Translations under genes and position numbers: made by a program
Shown: piece by piece, positions 43,371 to 57,869 of the stretch
Numbering within the stretch: position 1 is the first letter of the stretch
Layout of the letters: every line of letters starts with the position of its first letter
NCBI RefSeq assembly: GCF_006345805.1
Contig: NC_043006.1
Span: 81,282,001 to 81,346,000 of the forward strand
Reading direction: 5' to 3'
DNA length: 64,000 nt
Origin: Octopus sinensis
Lineage: Eukaryota
Notes under the pieces: generated by a model
Told to the model about the DNA's origin: nothing
Database searches by the model: none
The model's input: only the letters and a program-made list of their open reading frames with translations

Positions 43371-43794
43371 TAGTTAGTCACTGTTATTAGGAAAGAGAAA
43401 GAGCCCGTTTCTAACTTAGAGCCAAGTCTCTTTCACTGGAATTTTAGCAACGTCAAAAAGGTAATTTTCCTTGTATGTGTGTATATGTGCAGTATTTGAA
43501 GTCAGCGCATGTGCAGATTTGTATGTTTTGTTTTATACATGAATTCTCATGCATATAGTTGTACATATTTATATACTCCAATGATAAAATTCTGGAAAGT
43601 TTTGCACACTTTTATAGTTTCATTGATGGCTTTATGTATGTATGTATGCATTTATGTATGTATGCATTTATGTATGTATGTATGTATGTATGTATGTATG
43701 TATGTATGTATGTATGTATGTATGTATATATGTATGTATGTATGGAAGTGTGTTTGTATTTATATATATGTGCATAAATAGATACGTGCGGCCG

Positions 43795-43993
43795 CATGTG
43801 TACCGTTGACGATTTTTTTCCTCCGTCTTCCCTTCCTTGGATTTTTCCTTTTCTTATGTTTCTGACGAAGACCTCCGCTCGAAACGTTAAATCCTCCTTC
43901 TTTCTTTCCTTTCCTGTGCGTCCAATAACACTCTACTTGTTCCACGTCCTCGCGTTGTTGTGTTTTCTCTGTGTGTTTTCATGTTTGGATTAA
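43795..43993 (+). mobile_element. Same HHR-bearing pLTR-like family (HHR at 43858-43892)
   Basis: GTTT-CTGACGA-A-GACC-tcc-GCTC-GAAA-CG-TT-AAAT; aligns closely with 27745-27951. Further copies at 1150-1260 (+), 12470-12561 (+, tail only), 14068-14235 (-) and 63378-63470 (+, partial). Confidence 0.65.
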
Positions 43994-44096
43994 ATGTTTG
44001 GGAATCGAACCCACGATCTTCTCACACTCATGAGTACAACACCTTAACAACAAAGCCATGCGCCTCCTCACACTCACACACACACTCACACACATA

Positions 44097-44139
<43 letters not shown>

Positions 44140-44958
44140 GGATTAAATGTAAACAAACAAAAGTAGGTGTAAAGAGTATATTTGTACGGAAAAAGGCAAT
44201 TAAACAAAGTGAATGATGATTCAACAGTGTTAGCCTTACATCTGTTTAGGATGAACCGTGGTTGATGTCGTAACCTCGTATATTACGGAAGAGAATCCCA
44301 TAATATCGTTGGTCTAAGGAAGAACATTAATTTTGTATACAATCGTGAAGCGAAATCGTACTATCCTCACCAGAAGGTTCTTGACTATTCTAAGTGTGTG
44401 TGTGTGTGTATGTGTGTGTGTAGGTATGGTTTTATTTACTATGTAACTCGAAGTGACGTCCGCTACAACTAACAGCTTATAAACATTGAGTTAAAATCTT
44501 AACTCCACTGCACAAAGTGAAAAGCATCCAGAACAAATAGATCTGCGCATCTCTGTAACCCACACTGATGTACTGCCGATCACATTGCAGCAAACTTTCA
44601 CCTTTCTTTCATTTAAAATTAAATGCTTACACCTTTAAAATGCGAGAGATTCTTGTCATTTTTTAAAACATTCTGAGCACAAATTGAAAATATCTACATT
44701 CTAAACAGAATATGTAAATTGTAATGTATTATTAAGATGTACATCAGATTTGTCATAGACATTGGAAGAAGCACAGTTTTAAAATATTTATATTTATTTT
44801 ACGATAGTAGTACATGGTTTAAGATATCAGATAATGTCACCATGCATCTGCGAGTTAGTGATATTCTTCTACTGCAGCTACATTAATACAACAATGTTAG
44901 GAAAGGTGTCGCAGATGTACGACAACATACTGCCAATTTATAGCTTATCGGGATGTGA

Positions 44959-45003
<45 letters not shown>

Positions 45004-45053
45004 TTGGATGCCTGCTATGTATGTTCACACACACACATACCTAATCTAACCCC

Positions 45054-45107
<54 letters not shown>

Positions 45108-45313
45108 GCGAGCATCCAACACATGCGTACATGACACATGACTTCACACACAACTGTAAATATTCAGTTGCATCGTCGTATCTTTTACGTTTTGTTTCAG
45201 TCATTAGCCTGTGGGGATGTCGGAGAATAGGTGTATATATATACATACATACATACATACGTACATACACACGCACACACGCACACACACACACACGCAC
45301 ACAAACACACACA

Positions 45314-45371
<58 letters not shown>

Positions 45372-45483
45372 CATATATGAATGGAGATTTGGCCATAATT
45401 AATAGCTTCACAATGCTCACAAATGCTGAAAAAGAAGTACAGGCGTGTGCGTACAGGCGTGTGCGCACACGCGTGCAGACACG

Positions 45484-45514
<31 letters not shown>

Positions 45515-46030
45515 ATGCACATATGCACACATGAGTTTGTTGCATGCAGACTCATGCACAAACCGTGACACACAACCAAATAATCTACAAATACACTTTT
45601 GAGACTTCGCAGCTACTTAACCGAAACACGCTCACACATATGCCTTTATACTTAAGAGGATCACATATATGAAATACGTGTAGCTTAGGTACTTTTTTCA
45701 CATTCCTATTTTTGCGTATATGGTCTCATTTCTTCTAGTTACTCATGATGATTCCACCTCCGTCATTTTTAATGTAATCCATCACTGGTTAATACATACT
45801 TTAACGTTAGTTTTTCTTCCTCCTTCCACTACATTTTTACAATTCTCTAACTCCCTGACTTTATGAAGATCTAAGCAGGAAATGCAAAGATTTTTTCAAA
45901 CTAATAACTATATAATTACTCTGATTTGCTTTTTTTTTAGTTGCTATACATTTCGATTAGTCTTGAACCGTTATATAGACATACACACACATACATACAC
46001 GCGTACACATACAGATAGATATATATATAT

Positions 46031-46077
<47 letters not shown>

Positions 46078-46078
<1 letters not shown>

Positions 46079-46210
46079 GATGTCCCCTTAACGTAACCCT
46101 TGACAGGGGCCCATGTCGAGTATTGTTAGTCGGAGCCAGCTGGGTCCGGGACTCGTGTTAGGCAGGGTCGTCACTGCCAGAAGTAGTGAAGAAAATCGCT
46201 ACCCACTACC
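46078..46210 (-). mobile_element. Short non-autonomous element made of the RTE 5' end (~130 bp) plus a (TATC)n tail
   Basis: Reverse complement 'ggtagtgggtagcgattttcttcactac...gtgacgaccctgcctaacacgagt...cagctggctccg...atgggcccct...gggttacg' matches 37164-37292 and starts at the same nucleotide. Confidence 0.75.
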
Positions 46211-47759
46211 TAAACACATATGCATATATATATATATATATTATATGCTATATGTGAGTGTGTATGTATATGTATTTATATATGTATATACACACACGTA
46301 TATATATACATGAATACTCACACATACAACACACGTGTGTGTGTACGAGTTTGTGTGGGCATGTGTGTGTGTGTGTGTGTACCAAAAAGAAGTGTCGCGT
46401 AGCGAAGTACCTTAAAATGTTTAATTGTACCGTTGAAACACTTTCAAAAATGAACTTTAATCACTTAATAACAATGTGCTTCTTCACTTCATCCAATAAC
46501 AAAATGCAAACTGTGACTTCAACCATTTTAAAATCATGTACAAAAATACTCTACAATAAAATAAAATGATACAAACAAATTTACATTGTGATTTTATTGT
46601 TTATATTAAATTGCAGCATCCTGATTTAGCTCCCTGATTAAACCATTCCATATAAGGACCAAGAAAACTGATTGTGAGTATTGATTTTAAGTATTGGTTC
46701 TGAAATATTAAGATATTTTCAAGTTGGTTTCTCAATATTGCCTCAAATTTAATGTTTGTAAAATATATAACATCCACTACAATGTTTGTAAATATCATCA
46801 TTTATCGCTTTTTTCTTAAGAAAAAAAAAAGGTAATCTAATCGATTAATTTATTATTTTAGTGGACACGATGTTTGCCTGTTTCTCCTTTGTGGTCTCTA
46901 ATAACAAACAGTTAAGTACATTTATTTTTTAACATAAAGTATTTTGTCTTTGTACGTTTTAACCAAAGCTTATTGTTGTGCAAATGTATCTATTGATTTC
47001 TCTATATCTGACGTCTCTTCGGTATTGTCGTAATGGTATAATTTTAGTCAACTAAAACACATTTCACTGGAGGAAATAACAATTTTTCTGTTGTAAGAAT
47101 AAATAGTATGCATGTACACTCAACGTATTACGTTTTATGGCATACCTTCCCGAAATGCGTCACATACATACGTATGACTGTGCGTATGTATACATGTGTG
47201 TATGTATGTATGCATGTACGTATGTATGTATGTATGTGGGTATATATATATATATATATATATAAATGTATGTATATTCTGAGAGAGTGAGAAAAAGAGA
47301 AAGATACATGGGGTATTATATAATTCTTTCTATATGCTTGTGTATACACAAATATTTACATGCATATGATATATAATGTTTCCATCCCTCCATCCATCCA
47401 CCCGGCCATCTATCCATACATACATACATACATACATACATACATACATACATACATACATACATACATACATACATACATACATACATACATACATTGT
47501 GCGCATCTAACATTTTGATATTACGATTAAACTTTACCAAATGGTTTTATTCGAGTGAGTATATAAACTAATACTATCATAAAAAATAAACTGAGAATTG
47601 TTACGATCAAGCTAGATTGAATGTTACTATAACTGTCTATATTAACGTTTTTTGCTTCAGCACTTTTATTTCTGGGTTTCAATTCCCACTGAGAACAATG
47701 TTGCATTTCATTTTTATTGTTCCTATTCTGCACTGGAAGTCCCATCTATGTCTTAGGCA

Positions 47760-48800
47760 GTTCTAGGCTTCGAAATGAATATTTAAATCCAGAGGGTTTG
47801 ATAAAATACTTGCAAATTTTACAAGTGGCCAATAAGTTCTTATCTCAAATGACGCCACGACCAGCTTTGCTTTAATTCCTTTATGACCTGACGGATACTT
47901 TCTTGGGTCGAAGAAGGATTGTAATGATGTGGATGTAAGAGTACAAATTGTAGAGGGTTCAAAAGCAGAAGAAAGATCCTGGTTTGGTGCTTGTGAGCGC
48001 AAGATGCGACGGACTACAATCTTACCTGTATTAAAGACCTGTTTCAAGGTCCTAAATATAGGCGACATGCATCGGACAAAGAGCGCGGTTTTAATCGAAA
48101 GGTGCGTAGGATGAGCAGTTGACAGGATATGGTATTATATTGGAAGCAGGAGTATTGTAGTTATGAGATGCAAGATTTGGTGTAGTCAGGGTTGAAAGAA
48201 ACAAAATTGAGGTAAAACTGGTGGCAGTTGGTTTACTAAAAACGGATGTAGGAGTGGGAGAGGGTTTCGGAAGTCAATGATGAAAGAAGGAAAATTAACA
48301 GCAGAGATGGTGGACGTGAAGTCAACGGTTGGATAGAAAGAGTCGACAAGGTCAATAAATATGCTTAAGCGGATGGAGGTGGTACTATTAGCGGCGATAC
48401 AGTCATTGATACACCTATCATACACCTTGGGGTTTGACCGATAAAATGGGCGAAGATGTGAGACTCAACATAACACAATAAACAGCAGCGTAGTTAGAGA
48501 CTATCCTAGTTTCTATAGCCATCCAGTAAGTTACTGCTATATTCACCGCGGAAAGACAAACAATACAGACTAAGGATAAGGTTATCAAGGCTGACGCGTG
48601 ACGTGTTACGTTTAAGGACATTGTAACGGTTTACTATGAATCTGTTGGAGAGTAGACCAGCTTATCATCATATAAGACACTAGTGAATAGGGTAAATGTC
48701 TAAAGTGAAGATTTAGAAAATGTCAGAAAGGAAGGAGAAGTTGAAGAGACAAAGGCTGTGATTAGTTTGGAGAATGTTGGTGGGAAATTATTGACTAAGG
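47760..48800 (-). mobile_element. Highly decayed Penelope-like element RT fragment
   Basis: MAIETRIVSNYAAVY resembles GTAMGT.MAPSYANLF. YDRCINDCI...FIDLVDSFYPTVDFTSTIS resembles RYIDD..F...NSFHP...FT..IS. FSKPT also present. Confidence 0.6.
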
Positions 48801-49463
48801 GGGTAGAATTCTACCAAGGTATCCAGAAATTTAAAAATGAATGAGTCATGGAATTTGATATATGTGTGTTTATGTATAAATAAGCTTGGATTTTCAGAAA
48901 AATAAATCAACCGATTCCCACATTACAAATGCAATCAATAAGCTGAACAGCAAAATCATGCAAGACTTTTCTAGTGTTTAAAATGTCGCATGGGTTTCGT
49001 TATCTACATTCAAAAGATGGAGCTTGCATCCTTATTATAAACCAGCTCCTTCTTCTGCCGAAGAATTTAAATGATTAACAACAGAAGAGGCATACATCTG
49101 TAAGAACTACAGTAATGTATATCTTATTTTCAGTTTAATACAGCTTACATGCATACAAACAAATACACACATTTATGTATGTGGTTTATACCAGTAATAC
49201 AAAGGTACCGTCTTGCACGCGAATTATATCATAGGTACAGTTCTCTGTGTAATGCTCCGCTACATGCAAGTTAAGTCTTCTAGGATATTGTTATACTGTG
49301 GATAAAATTACCCACTAAAATCTTATCGTTGAAAATAACGACTACTCATACAGTCGTTTATACACATCATTTATGTAATTATGTATATGTATGTATATAT
49401 ATATATATAATATATATATATATATATAATATATATATATATAATATATATATATATACATGC

Positions 49464-49495
<32 letters not shown>

Positions 49496-49517
49496 TAATA
49501 TATATATATTATATATA

Positions 49518-49577
<60 letters not shown>

Positions 49578-49634
49578 TTATGTATGTATAATATTAATTA
49601 ACGGGAGATGGATTTGATATTAAATCTCTATTGG

Positions 49635-49677
49635 GTACAACATGTTTCGACCCATCAGTCTGGGTTTCATCACGTAC
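49635..49677 (-). ncRNA. Minimal type I hammerhead motif, degenerate (C3>G)
   Basis: Reverse complement GTAC-GTGATGA-AACCC-agactgat-GGGTC-GAAA-CATG-TT-GTAC, with a palindromic CATG loop III. Confidence 0.7.
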
Positions 49678-49800
49678 ATCAATAGAGATGTGTCTCACTA
49701 CAGATTTTTAATGTCGGCTGACGTTTTGTTATATGTCCATCAAGTTGAACTTGAAGGACACCGACATTAAAAATCTGTAGTGAGACACATCAATATTGAT

Positions 49801-49845
49801 GTACCTGATGAGACCCAGGCTGATGGGTCGAGACATAAGTTGTAC
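49801..49845 (+). ncRNA. Minimal type I hammerhead motif, degenerate (GAGA in place of GAAA)
   Basis: GTAC-CTGATGA-GACCC-aggctgat-GGGTC-GAGA-cataag-TT-GTAC; stem I extends as ATTG/CAAT. Confidence 0.7.
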
Positions 49846-50088
49846 CCAATAAAGATTTAATACCAAATCCATCTCCTGTTAATTATCATTATTACCCTAA
49901 CTGTCACAATGGAATTCCCAAAGTAGATCCAAGAGAAGTTTACCAAGACTGAGGATGACAACAGGTAGCCTGAACTGTGACGGTGCTTTACTCAGCATTT
50001 AAACACACTTATCGGCTTATAACTACAAGTCCAAAATATCTATTATATATATATACACACATATATATGTTCGCTTGTAGGTATGTAT

Positions 50089-50147
<59 letters not shown>

Positions 50148-50250
50148 ACGCCACAGCGGGGTGGCGTCATTCAAAGGCTAAAACAATGCGAACACATTGT
50201 GACCAGCGATGTGTAACAACATCTGATGGTCTGGTCGGTCATGTGATCAT

Positions 50251-50284
<34 letters not shown>

Positions 50285-50482
50285 CATACATAACTACATT
50301 ATGTACGTATGTATATATAAATACTCACACACACGCACACACAGATACATATATATGTATCTTTTAATTTGAATTATTTTCCAAAAGTAATACAAATAAA
50401 ACGAACCATGTTTTTACTTTTTCTTCTCCATTTCCTTTTATTGACTTGTTAATTTTATATATATACATATACATACACACAT

Positions 50483-50519
<37 letters not shown>

Positions 50520-50931
50520 CATATATATATACATATACATATCTACATATATATATATATATATTTATATATATACATATATATAGTATATTATTTTAAT
50601 ATAAGGAAGGGGTACACTATAGGATGATATGTATATTAAATGTTAATATATGTATATTGGCTATTAGGCTTTGTAGGTATATAGGTAGCGTATTTAGGTA
50701 TTTTTGCATTTAAATGGCATAGTAAATAAAGTTGTAAAGACCAATTTCCTGATTTATATTTGAATTCGTCTTTCATGGTATGTAAATTGTATTTCAACAG
50801 AGAATTTACTTGCGTGGACGTTTCGATTGTATTTGAAATTTGTTTGCGAAATTTTAAAACCTAAATTCTTGCTACATTTAGGTATGCACTCTCCCAGACA
50901 TAAATACATATTCTGATAACAGTTTATGCAT

Positions 50932-50975
<44 letters not shown>

Positions 50976-51330
50976 TGTGTGTGTGTATACGTGCGGTCGA
51001 TAATGTTTACAACACTAGCGCTGCTTTTCATTCGTTATTGAATCTACGTATGCATCGCTGTGGCATACCAAGAAATACATTTACACTGTTTATATATAGT
51101 CTTAGAATGGCGACTCGGTTCGTCCCCGCTTCGTTTCAGGTGTGTGATGTTGATAAGCCACAAAGATGGCGAAATATCGATATCCACCACTTCTGAATGG
51201 GATTGGAGGCCGCCAGTTGTCTTGCCTAACTATGACTTTCAGGTATTTTAATACCCAGCGTAATGAGGGAGTCGTCTACACACGCATACACACATACACA
51301 CACACACACCACACACACACACACACATAT

Positions 51331-51362
<32 letters not shown>

Positions 51363-53612
51363 ATATACACATGCATATATATATATATATATATATATAA
51401 CGAGTTAAAATATATAATAAATGCACACTCAAACGGAAAACAGACACAGATGGTCGGCAACTCCTCATCAGTTATCGGCCTATGGATCAATCGCAATTTG
51501 GCACAAGCCCATTGTATACATACATACGTATGTATGCATGTGTATAAATATATGTATATATATATATATGCATTAATGTACGTAGCTATATATATGTATA
51601 CATGTATGTATATGTGTCTCTCAACGGTTGGAACTCAATGTAAATATTTGTATCAAAGAGATCCTGTATGTGACTGTTTATATGTTAAAAACAATAATTA
51701 AATCATCCTCAAATCACATTCCTCTGTGTAGTAAAAGGAAGCACAAAATATATAACGACGGTGGCCATATTGCATATTTATTTATCGTAAGAACCATATA
51801 CGATGAAATGTTTCATACGAAGAGCTTAAGATGATTGAGATCCGCAAGAGATGAAGTAGATTTACCCAACCATTTTTATTATTATAAATACAAAGAACCC
51901 AGTAAGCCCGACTAGTTAGCATGCCGTAAAAAATGCTTAGCGGCATTCCTTCCGGATTTATGTTCTGCACTCTAATGCTACCGTGGTCGAGTTTGCCGTT
52001 CATCCTTTCGATTAAATAATTAGCAGTTAAACACTGAAACCCTCCTCCTAAATTTCCTGGCCATGTGCCTATTGTAGAAAAAATTGTTACGAACACGTGT
52101 TAAATATTAAATAGGAATGTTGAGAAATCCATGTATGCAATAACATTTATTTATTATGCCAGTTTTCTTAAGTTCCTAACTCCGTTAGTTTCTGTTGCAT
52201 AAAGTATTTTGCTTTAAAATCTTGACTGATGTACATTTTAACTCTATTTGCTTGTATTTAATGCGGTAATGCGCTAGGGAAATACCTGAGAAAAATATGT
52301 GATTTCACAGTTAGGTATTATAAAATTTGACTGCACAAAAAAATAATAACTGAAGCATTTTTAATATTTATGTTCTAGTAAACTATCTGGTCAAACTTTC
52401 GAGAAAAACATTTAAATAAACCGAAGCAAAACCAAAATGAGCAAAACAAAAACCATTAGTGGTATCTCTGTCAGATGCTACCGTAGAATATGAGAATGTT
52501 ATATTATTTGACAGACAGGCAATGCTACAATGTTGTCAAGCCGGTAAATCCATTATTTACTTTTAGAAGAGGTCTTGTATGTCTCCATTTTGGCACTGAG
52601 TCATTAAAAACCTGTCTGGTATGTTGACATGGCTGTAGAAATTATCTCCCCCGAGTTTCTATTTGTCAGAATTGCATGATACTTCGAATTCATATACCTC
52701 ATTACAGATTACAATGATGCACAGCATAATGTTTTGCTGAAAAGTGAGGCGAGTTGCAAACTAGTTTTCTTCAATTTATTCCTCGTAAGCAGTGTTTAAA
52801 TACAACAAAATTTACTAAATTAAGGAACACGTTATTATTCAGCTTCTTTTGTTGCCTTATATAAACGACGTGAGTTGACAAGTTAAATTACTTTTGAGTA
52901 CAATCCTCGCTCTGGGAAATGCAAATCGTAATTGCCTCACTACTTATGATCCTTGCTCTCAAACCTTTGCTGGTTTTAATTTCTTTACTTCTCTGTCAGC
53001 AATCAATACTTTTCTCTGCACGTAAGAGCAAATCCTCATTTATATCTAGCATGAACATTAGGTTTTCAATTATTATAGTAGCTATGAGCATTAAACTCAA
53101 GTTTTAATCCAATGGCGTCTCAAACACAAAGCTTGGAAGGGTATTTCTTTTCTTATTTATTTCCCTTTACGCTATTTCTCACGAAAGTTGAAGGCCTTGT
53201 TCTACGTTAATTACTGCTGCATATTATAAGCTTCCGTCTAAAAATTCGTGTTAATTTACGCTCCAAACGGTAGCAATCGTCAAAATATTTTCCCAAATTC
53301 TTCATTATTTTCAACATGAATTGATTTAAGAGCAAAACGAATATAGCAATAAAAGAGTTAAATACGGAGGTGCCTCTGGCAGCACATGGGGCGTGATGTG
53401 TTTACCTGTGCTATATAGAGGGGTCCCCATGTAACTAAATGGTGCGTGTTTCAAACTAAAGAATTTAAGAAATGGTTTCAGTGTAGAATATGGGATGCAA
53501 AAACACTTTAAAACCTCCACTTTTGCTAACTTGTATGCATATATCTATCCGTCTAACTATCTATCTCTCTATTTACCAAGTAGTAGTAGTAGTAGTAGTA
53601 GTAGTAGCAGTG

Positions 53613-53927
53613 TGGAGGCGTAATGGCCCAGTGGTTAGGGCAGCGGACTCACGGTCGGAGGATCACACTTTCGATTCCCAGACCGGGCGTTGTGTGTGTT
53701 TATTGAGCGAAAACATCTAAAGCTCCACGAGGCTCCGGCAGGGGGTGGTGGCGACCCCTGTTGTATTCTTTCGCCCCAAACTTTCTTTCACTCCTTCTTC
53801 TTTCTTGAGTAAACCTTCGATGGACTGGCGACCCGTCCAGCTGGGGGGAACGCATGCGACATAGAAACCGAGAAACCTTGCCCATGAGCCTGGCTAGGCT
53901 TGAAATGAACGCAAAAAATAAAAAAAA
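53613..53927 (+). mobile_element. tRNA-derived SINE (same head, tail C) inserted in (TAG)n
   Basis: Same ~170-bp head, then a distinct tail 'ccttcgatggactggcgacccgtccagc...' and an A-rich end. Confidence 0.85.
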
Positions 53928-53940
53928 GTAGTAGTAGTAA

Positions 53941-54015
<75 letters not shown>

Positions 54016-54532
54016 GGTGGTGGTGGTGGAAGTGGTGGTGGTGGTAGTAGACGTATGGGGGCTGCAATAGCACGCCGCTGCATTCACTATTTGCTGGAAC
54101 TTCTACACCTGACGGATTACACGCTTTCACCACTCAGGCGACACTCTGGAGAACGGGTCTCTTTTGGATAGTCGTTGCTGGAGAGGGTTTTAGGAAGTTG
54201 GAGTGCAAACCATGCTCTAACCTCATTTAGTTACCTTTTAGGACTCTCGGAAGAAACGTTGGGTCGATTCTTTGGCATGCCAATCTTTACACACCAGTAA
54301 AGCAACGTGAAATGAAGTGTCTTGCTCAAGAACACAACAGGCCGCCTATCCAGGAATCGAACTCACGACCTGACTATTCGTGAGTGCAACACCCTATGCA
54401 CTTGGCCATGCATATTTTCCTAGCTACATATCTGCCTGTCTAAATCTCTGTTTATTTATATAGCTATCTATTTATTTAAGTATCTGTCGATATATCTGTG
54501 AGTCCAAAGATACGTGCGTAACATACAGACAT

Positions 54533-54930
54533 TGGTATGGATGTGTGGTAAAAAGCTTGCTGCCTAACCATACGGCTCGAGGTTCAGTCCCACTGTGTGG
54601 TACTTTAGGCAAGTGACTTAAACTATAGCCTCCGTCTTGTGAGTGGATTTAGTAGACAGAAACTGAAAGAAGCCCGTCGTATATATGGATATATATAATT
54701 TTCGGGCGTGGGTGTGTGTCTGTGCGTATGTGTATGTTCCCCATCTCTGCTTCACTACTAGTGCTGGCGTGTTTATGCCCCCGCAACTTAGCGGTTTGGC
54801 AAAAGTCGCCAATAGAATAAGCTCCAGACTTTAAAAAATAGTGGGGTCCATACATTCGATTAAAAATTGATAAAGGCGATGCCCCAGTATGGTCGCAGTT
54901 CAATGACCGACAGAAGTAAAAGTAAAAGAT
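54533..54930 (+). mobile_element. Bipartite SINE, full copy
   Basis: Same head-microsatellite-tail layout as 31510-31952. Confidence 0.82.
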
Positions 54931-54931
54931 A

Positions 54932-54974
<43 letters not shown>

Positions 54975-55109
54975 CGTGTGGTAAGAAGCTTGCTTCTCAA
55001 CCATATGGTCCCGGGTTCAGTCCCACTGTGTGGAATCTTGGGCATGTGTCTTCTACTATAAAAGCCTTGTAAGTGGATTTGGTAGACGGAAATTAAAAGA
55101 AGCCCGTCG

Positions 55110-55178
<69 letters not shown>

Positions 55179-55857
55179 TATATAGGCAAGGAAAAATTAT
55201 AAAAAGGCAGAATGCTAAATTGAAAGAAAATTTTAATGAAAATGGGTGTATGGAAAATTTTGAAAAGTTGATAAAATATATATATATTAATTCAAACAGG
55301 TTTTCGTCATAACGTAACTTTTCAAGAATTGTAAAGAAAATTTTTTTTTTTAAATTGAGGAGGGGGAAAAAGAAAATTACATTGTTTTTTGCAAAAAAGT
55401 AATAATAAATATATACAAAAATTAAAAAATAGGTACTCCGATACATTGTAAAGTCTTTGTGTATCTTGGGTTTAATGATAGTTCTTGAAAAAATTACCTT
55501 GGAGGATTGAGATCCATGGGATTAAATCCATGTGCTGTTTAATTTAATTAAGGATGTCTCTTACGTGAATTGCAAAACAGGAAGTAGTAGACCAGTTCCT
55601 GTGAATAAGGGGAGACAACTCTATGGGTTTTAAGCTCTTCAATTTGGGTTTATCAATTTTTTGTAATAAAGGGTGTTAATAAACCTTAAATTATAAAATT
55701 ATCATTTTAGCTTCATTTGCATTATCTTTTTTTATATAATTGTTTGCTAACTTAACATTCAGATTTTCGCACTTTATTTATATTGTTTTCTAATTATATA
55801 AATTTACATAAACCAATTTATAATTACATTTCAGATTGTTATGTCATATATAATAAA

Positions 55858-55928
<71 letters not shown>

Positions 55929-56348
55929 CAATAATAATAATGATAATTTTACCTTGAAGTGATGACTGCATGGTATCCTTATATATTTGTGTTAGTCCAT
56001 CCATGAAGAATGAGGTAGAAGAAAGAAGTATGATCAAAGAGGAGTTTGCATATTAAGATGCGTTTTGAATTTTTCAATATACATATATATATATATATAT
56101 ATAATAACTATCTATGTATGAGTATATGTATGTGTGTTTGTATGTATGTCTGTGTACATGTATGTAATTGTGTGTATGTGTGTATGTATGTATTTGTCCC
56201 CACACCATCGATTGACAACCGATGTTGGTGTGTTTATTTCCCTGTAACTTAGCGGTCCGGCATTGAAACCGATAGAATAATTACTAGGCTTACAAACATC
56301 GGGTCTAATTATGTATGATATGTTACTGGTCCGTATATGAGGAGAAAT

Positions 56349-56638
56349 GTGGAGGTACAATGGCCCAGTGATTAGGGCAGCGGACTCGCGGTCGTAGGAT
56401 CACGGTTTCGATTTCCAGACAGAGCGTTGTGAATGTTTATTGAGCGAAAACACCTAAAGCTCCACGAGGCTTGGGTAGGGGGGGTGATCCCTGCTGTACT
56501 CTTTCACCACAACTTTCTCTCACCCTTTCTTCTGTTGGCCTGCCCGCTTAGCCAAAGGGGTGGTATCATTTGAAGGCTAAAACAATTCGAAGCACATTGT
56601 GACCACCGATGTGTAGCAACATCTGATAGCCTGGTCGA
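56349..56638 (+). mobile_element. tRNA-derived SINE (same head, tail B)
   Basis: ggaggtacaatggcccagtgattagggcagcggactcgcggtc...gatagcctggtcg. Confidence 0.88.
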
Positions 56639-57167
56639 GGAGAAATAAAATGATAATAGAAATTCTGAACTTAAACGTTAATATTATGGTTGATTGAAAA
56701 TACATTAGTATAGCGTACCGAATGTAAAATACATATTCAGTAAAGTTTCACATAAGCAATATTGCATACTTCGAAATTCTGATTAAGTGAAATTTTCTTT
56801 GGAATAGGAGTATAAATGCCTCTTCTTCTTTTTTTTTTTTTTGCTTACTATTTATAAATAGCAAGCCAGGGAGGTAATTACATTCATATCAGTGAATTCA
56901 GTCATTTGAAAAATAAGGACAATACAATGAGCAGATCTTGTTAATAAAGCCAACTTGTGAAAGCAACAGACATGTTTCGAATTATTTATATCTCATCAGC
57001 GATACATATTGACATCAGTTGCCTAAAGGTTGAAGTTATCATTATGCGCACGCTCGTGTCTCTGTATGGGTAGTTTTTTTTGTGGATATTTGTGCATGGG
57101 CCTATGTGAGTCGCGTATATATATTTCGGAAGCATAGTATTTATACAACAGTGAGATAAATATAACA

Positions 57168-57418
57168 CAGTAATCCCACTCCATATCGCGGTTCACCTAC
57201 CGCGGTTTATTATTTAAGCTTACGTCGATTCCCCCGTGGTGTTGTTTTGCATTTATAATATAATAAATATATACAAATTATAAAAATGATAAAAACAAAT
57301 ATACAGTACAGTACTGTTTCTACTTCGCGAATTTTCACCTATCGCGTGGAGTTTTAGAACTTAACACCCGCGATAGTCGAGGGATCACTTAACACCCGCG
57401 ATAGTCGAGGGATCACTT
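57168..57418. mobile_element. Tigger/pogo-like MITE with a tandemly duplicated right TIR
   Basis: Left end CAGTAATCCC..TATCGCGG; right end CCGCGATAGTCGAGGGATCACT present twice (28-bp unit). Confidence 0.65.
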
Positions 57419-57786
57419 CCTGGGCAAAAGTAAAGTACTACTTTTAAAATGGGTAAACTTGTTGATATTCAAGTATAGGATTTAAATGTTTTAAAAATGA
57501 ATAAAAATATGGTTGTCGTAAGTTCATGAATGGAACAGTTGCAGACGTCTGACGCGTATCTTGCTGGGGGGTGGGAGTGATGGACACTTTTTGTCAGACA
57601 ATATAACATCAAGGTGATAAAAGCGAGATGGACCTAGGTGCGATTTGAACTGAGACCGCAAACATGACAGAATGGAAACATGCACACATATATGTATATA
57701 TGTATTCATACATACATACGTACGAGTGTACATACCTACATGCATACTCACATATATACACACACATATATATATATATATATATG

Positions 57787-57829
<43 letters not shown>

Positions 57830-57869
57830 AAATATATGTATATATATATACATATAAATATATATGTAT

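Larger units (their letters stand above)
49595..49885. mobile_element. ~290-bp palindromic element (~123-bp arms, 43-bp spacer), each arm with a degenerate minimal hammerhead
   Basis: 49595-49717 is the near-exact reverse complement of 49761-49885. The left end adjoins a TA-rich microsatellite. Confidence 0.85.

Noticed and set aside
52400-53110. Possible exons in unique-looking sequence
   Set aside because: Stops occur in the plausible frames and no motif is recognisable.
53613-53690. tRNA gene (also the other SINE heads)
   Set aside because: No proper acceptor stem, and the sequence continues into multi-copy SINE bodies.
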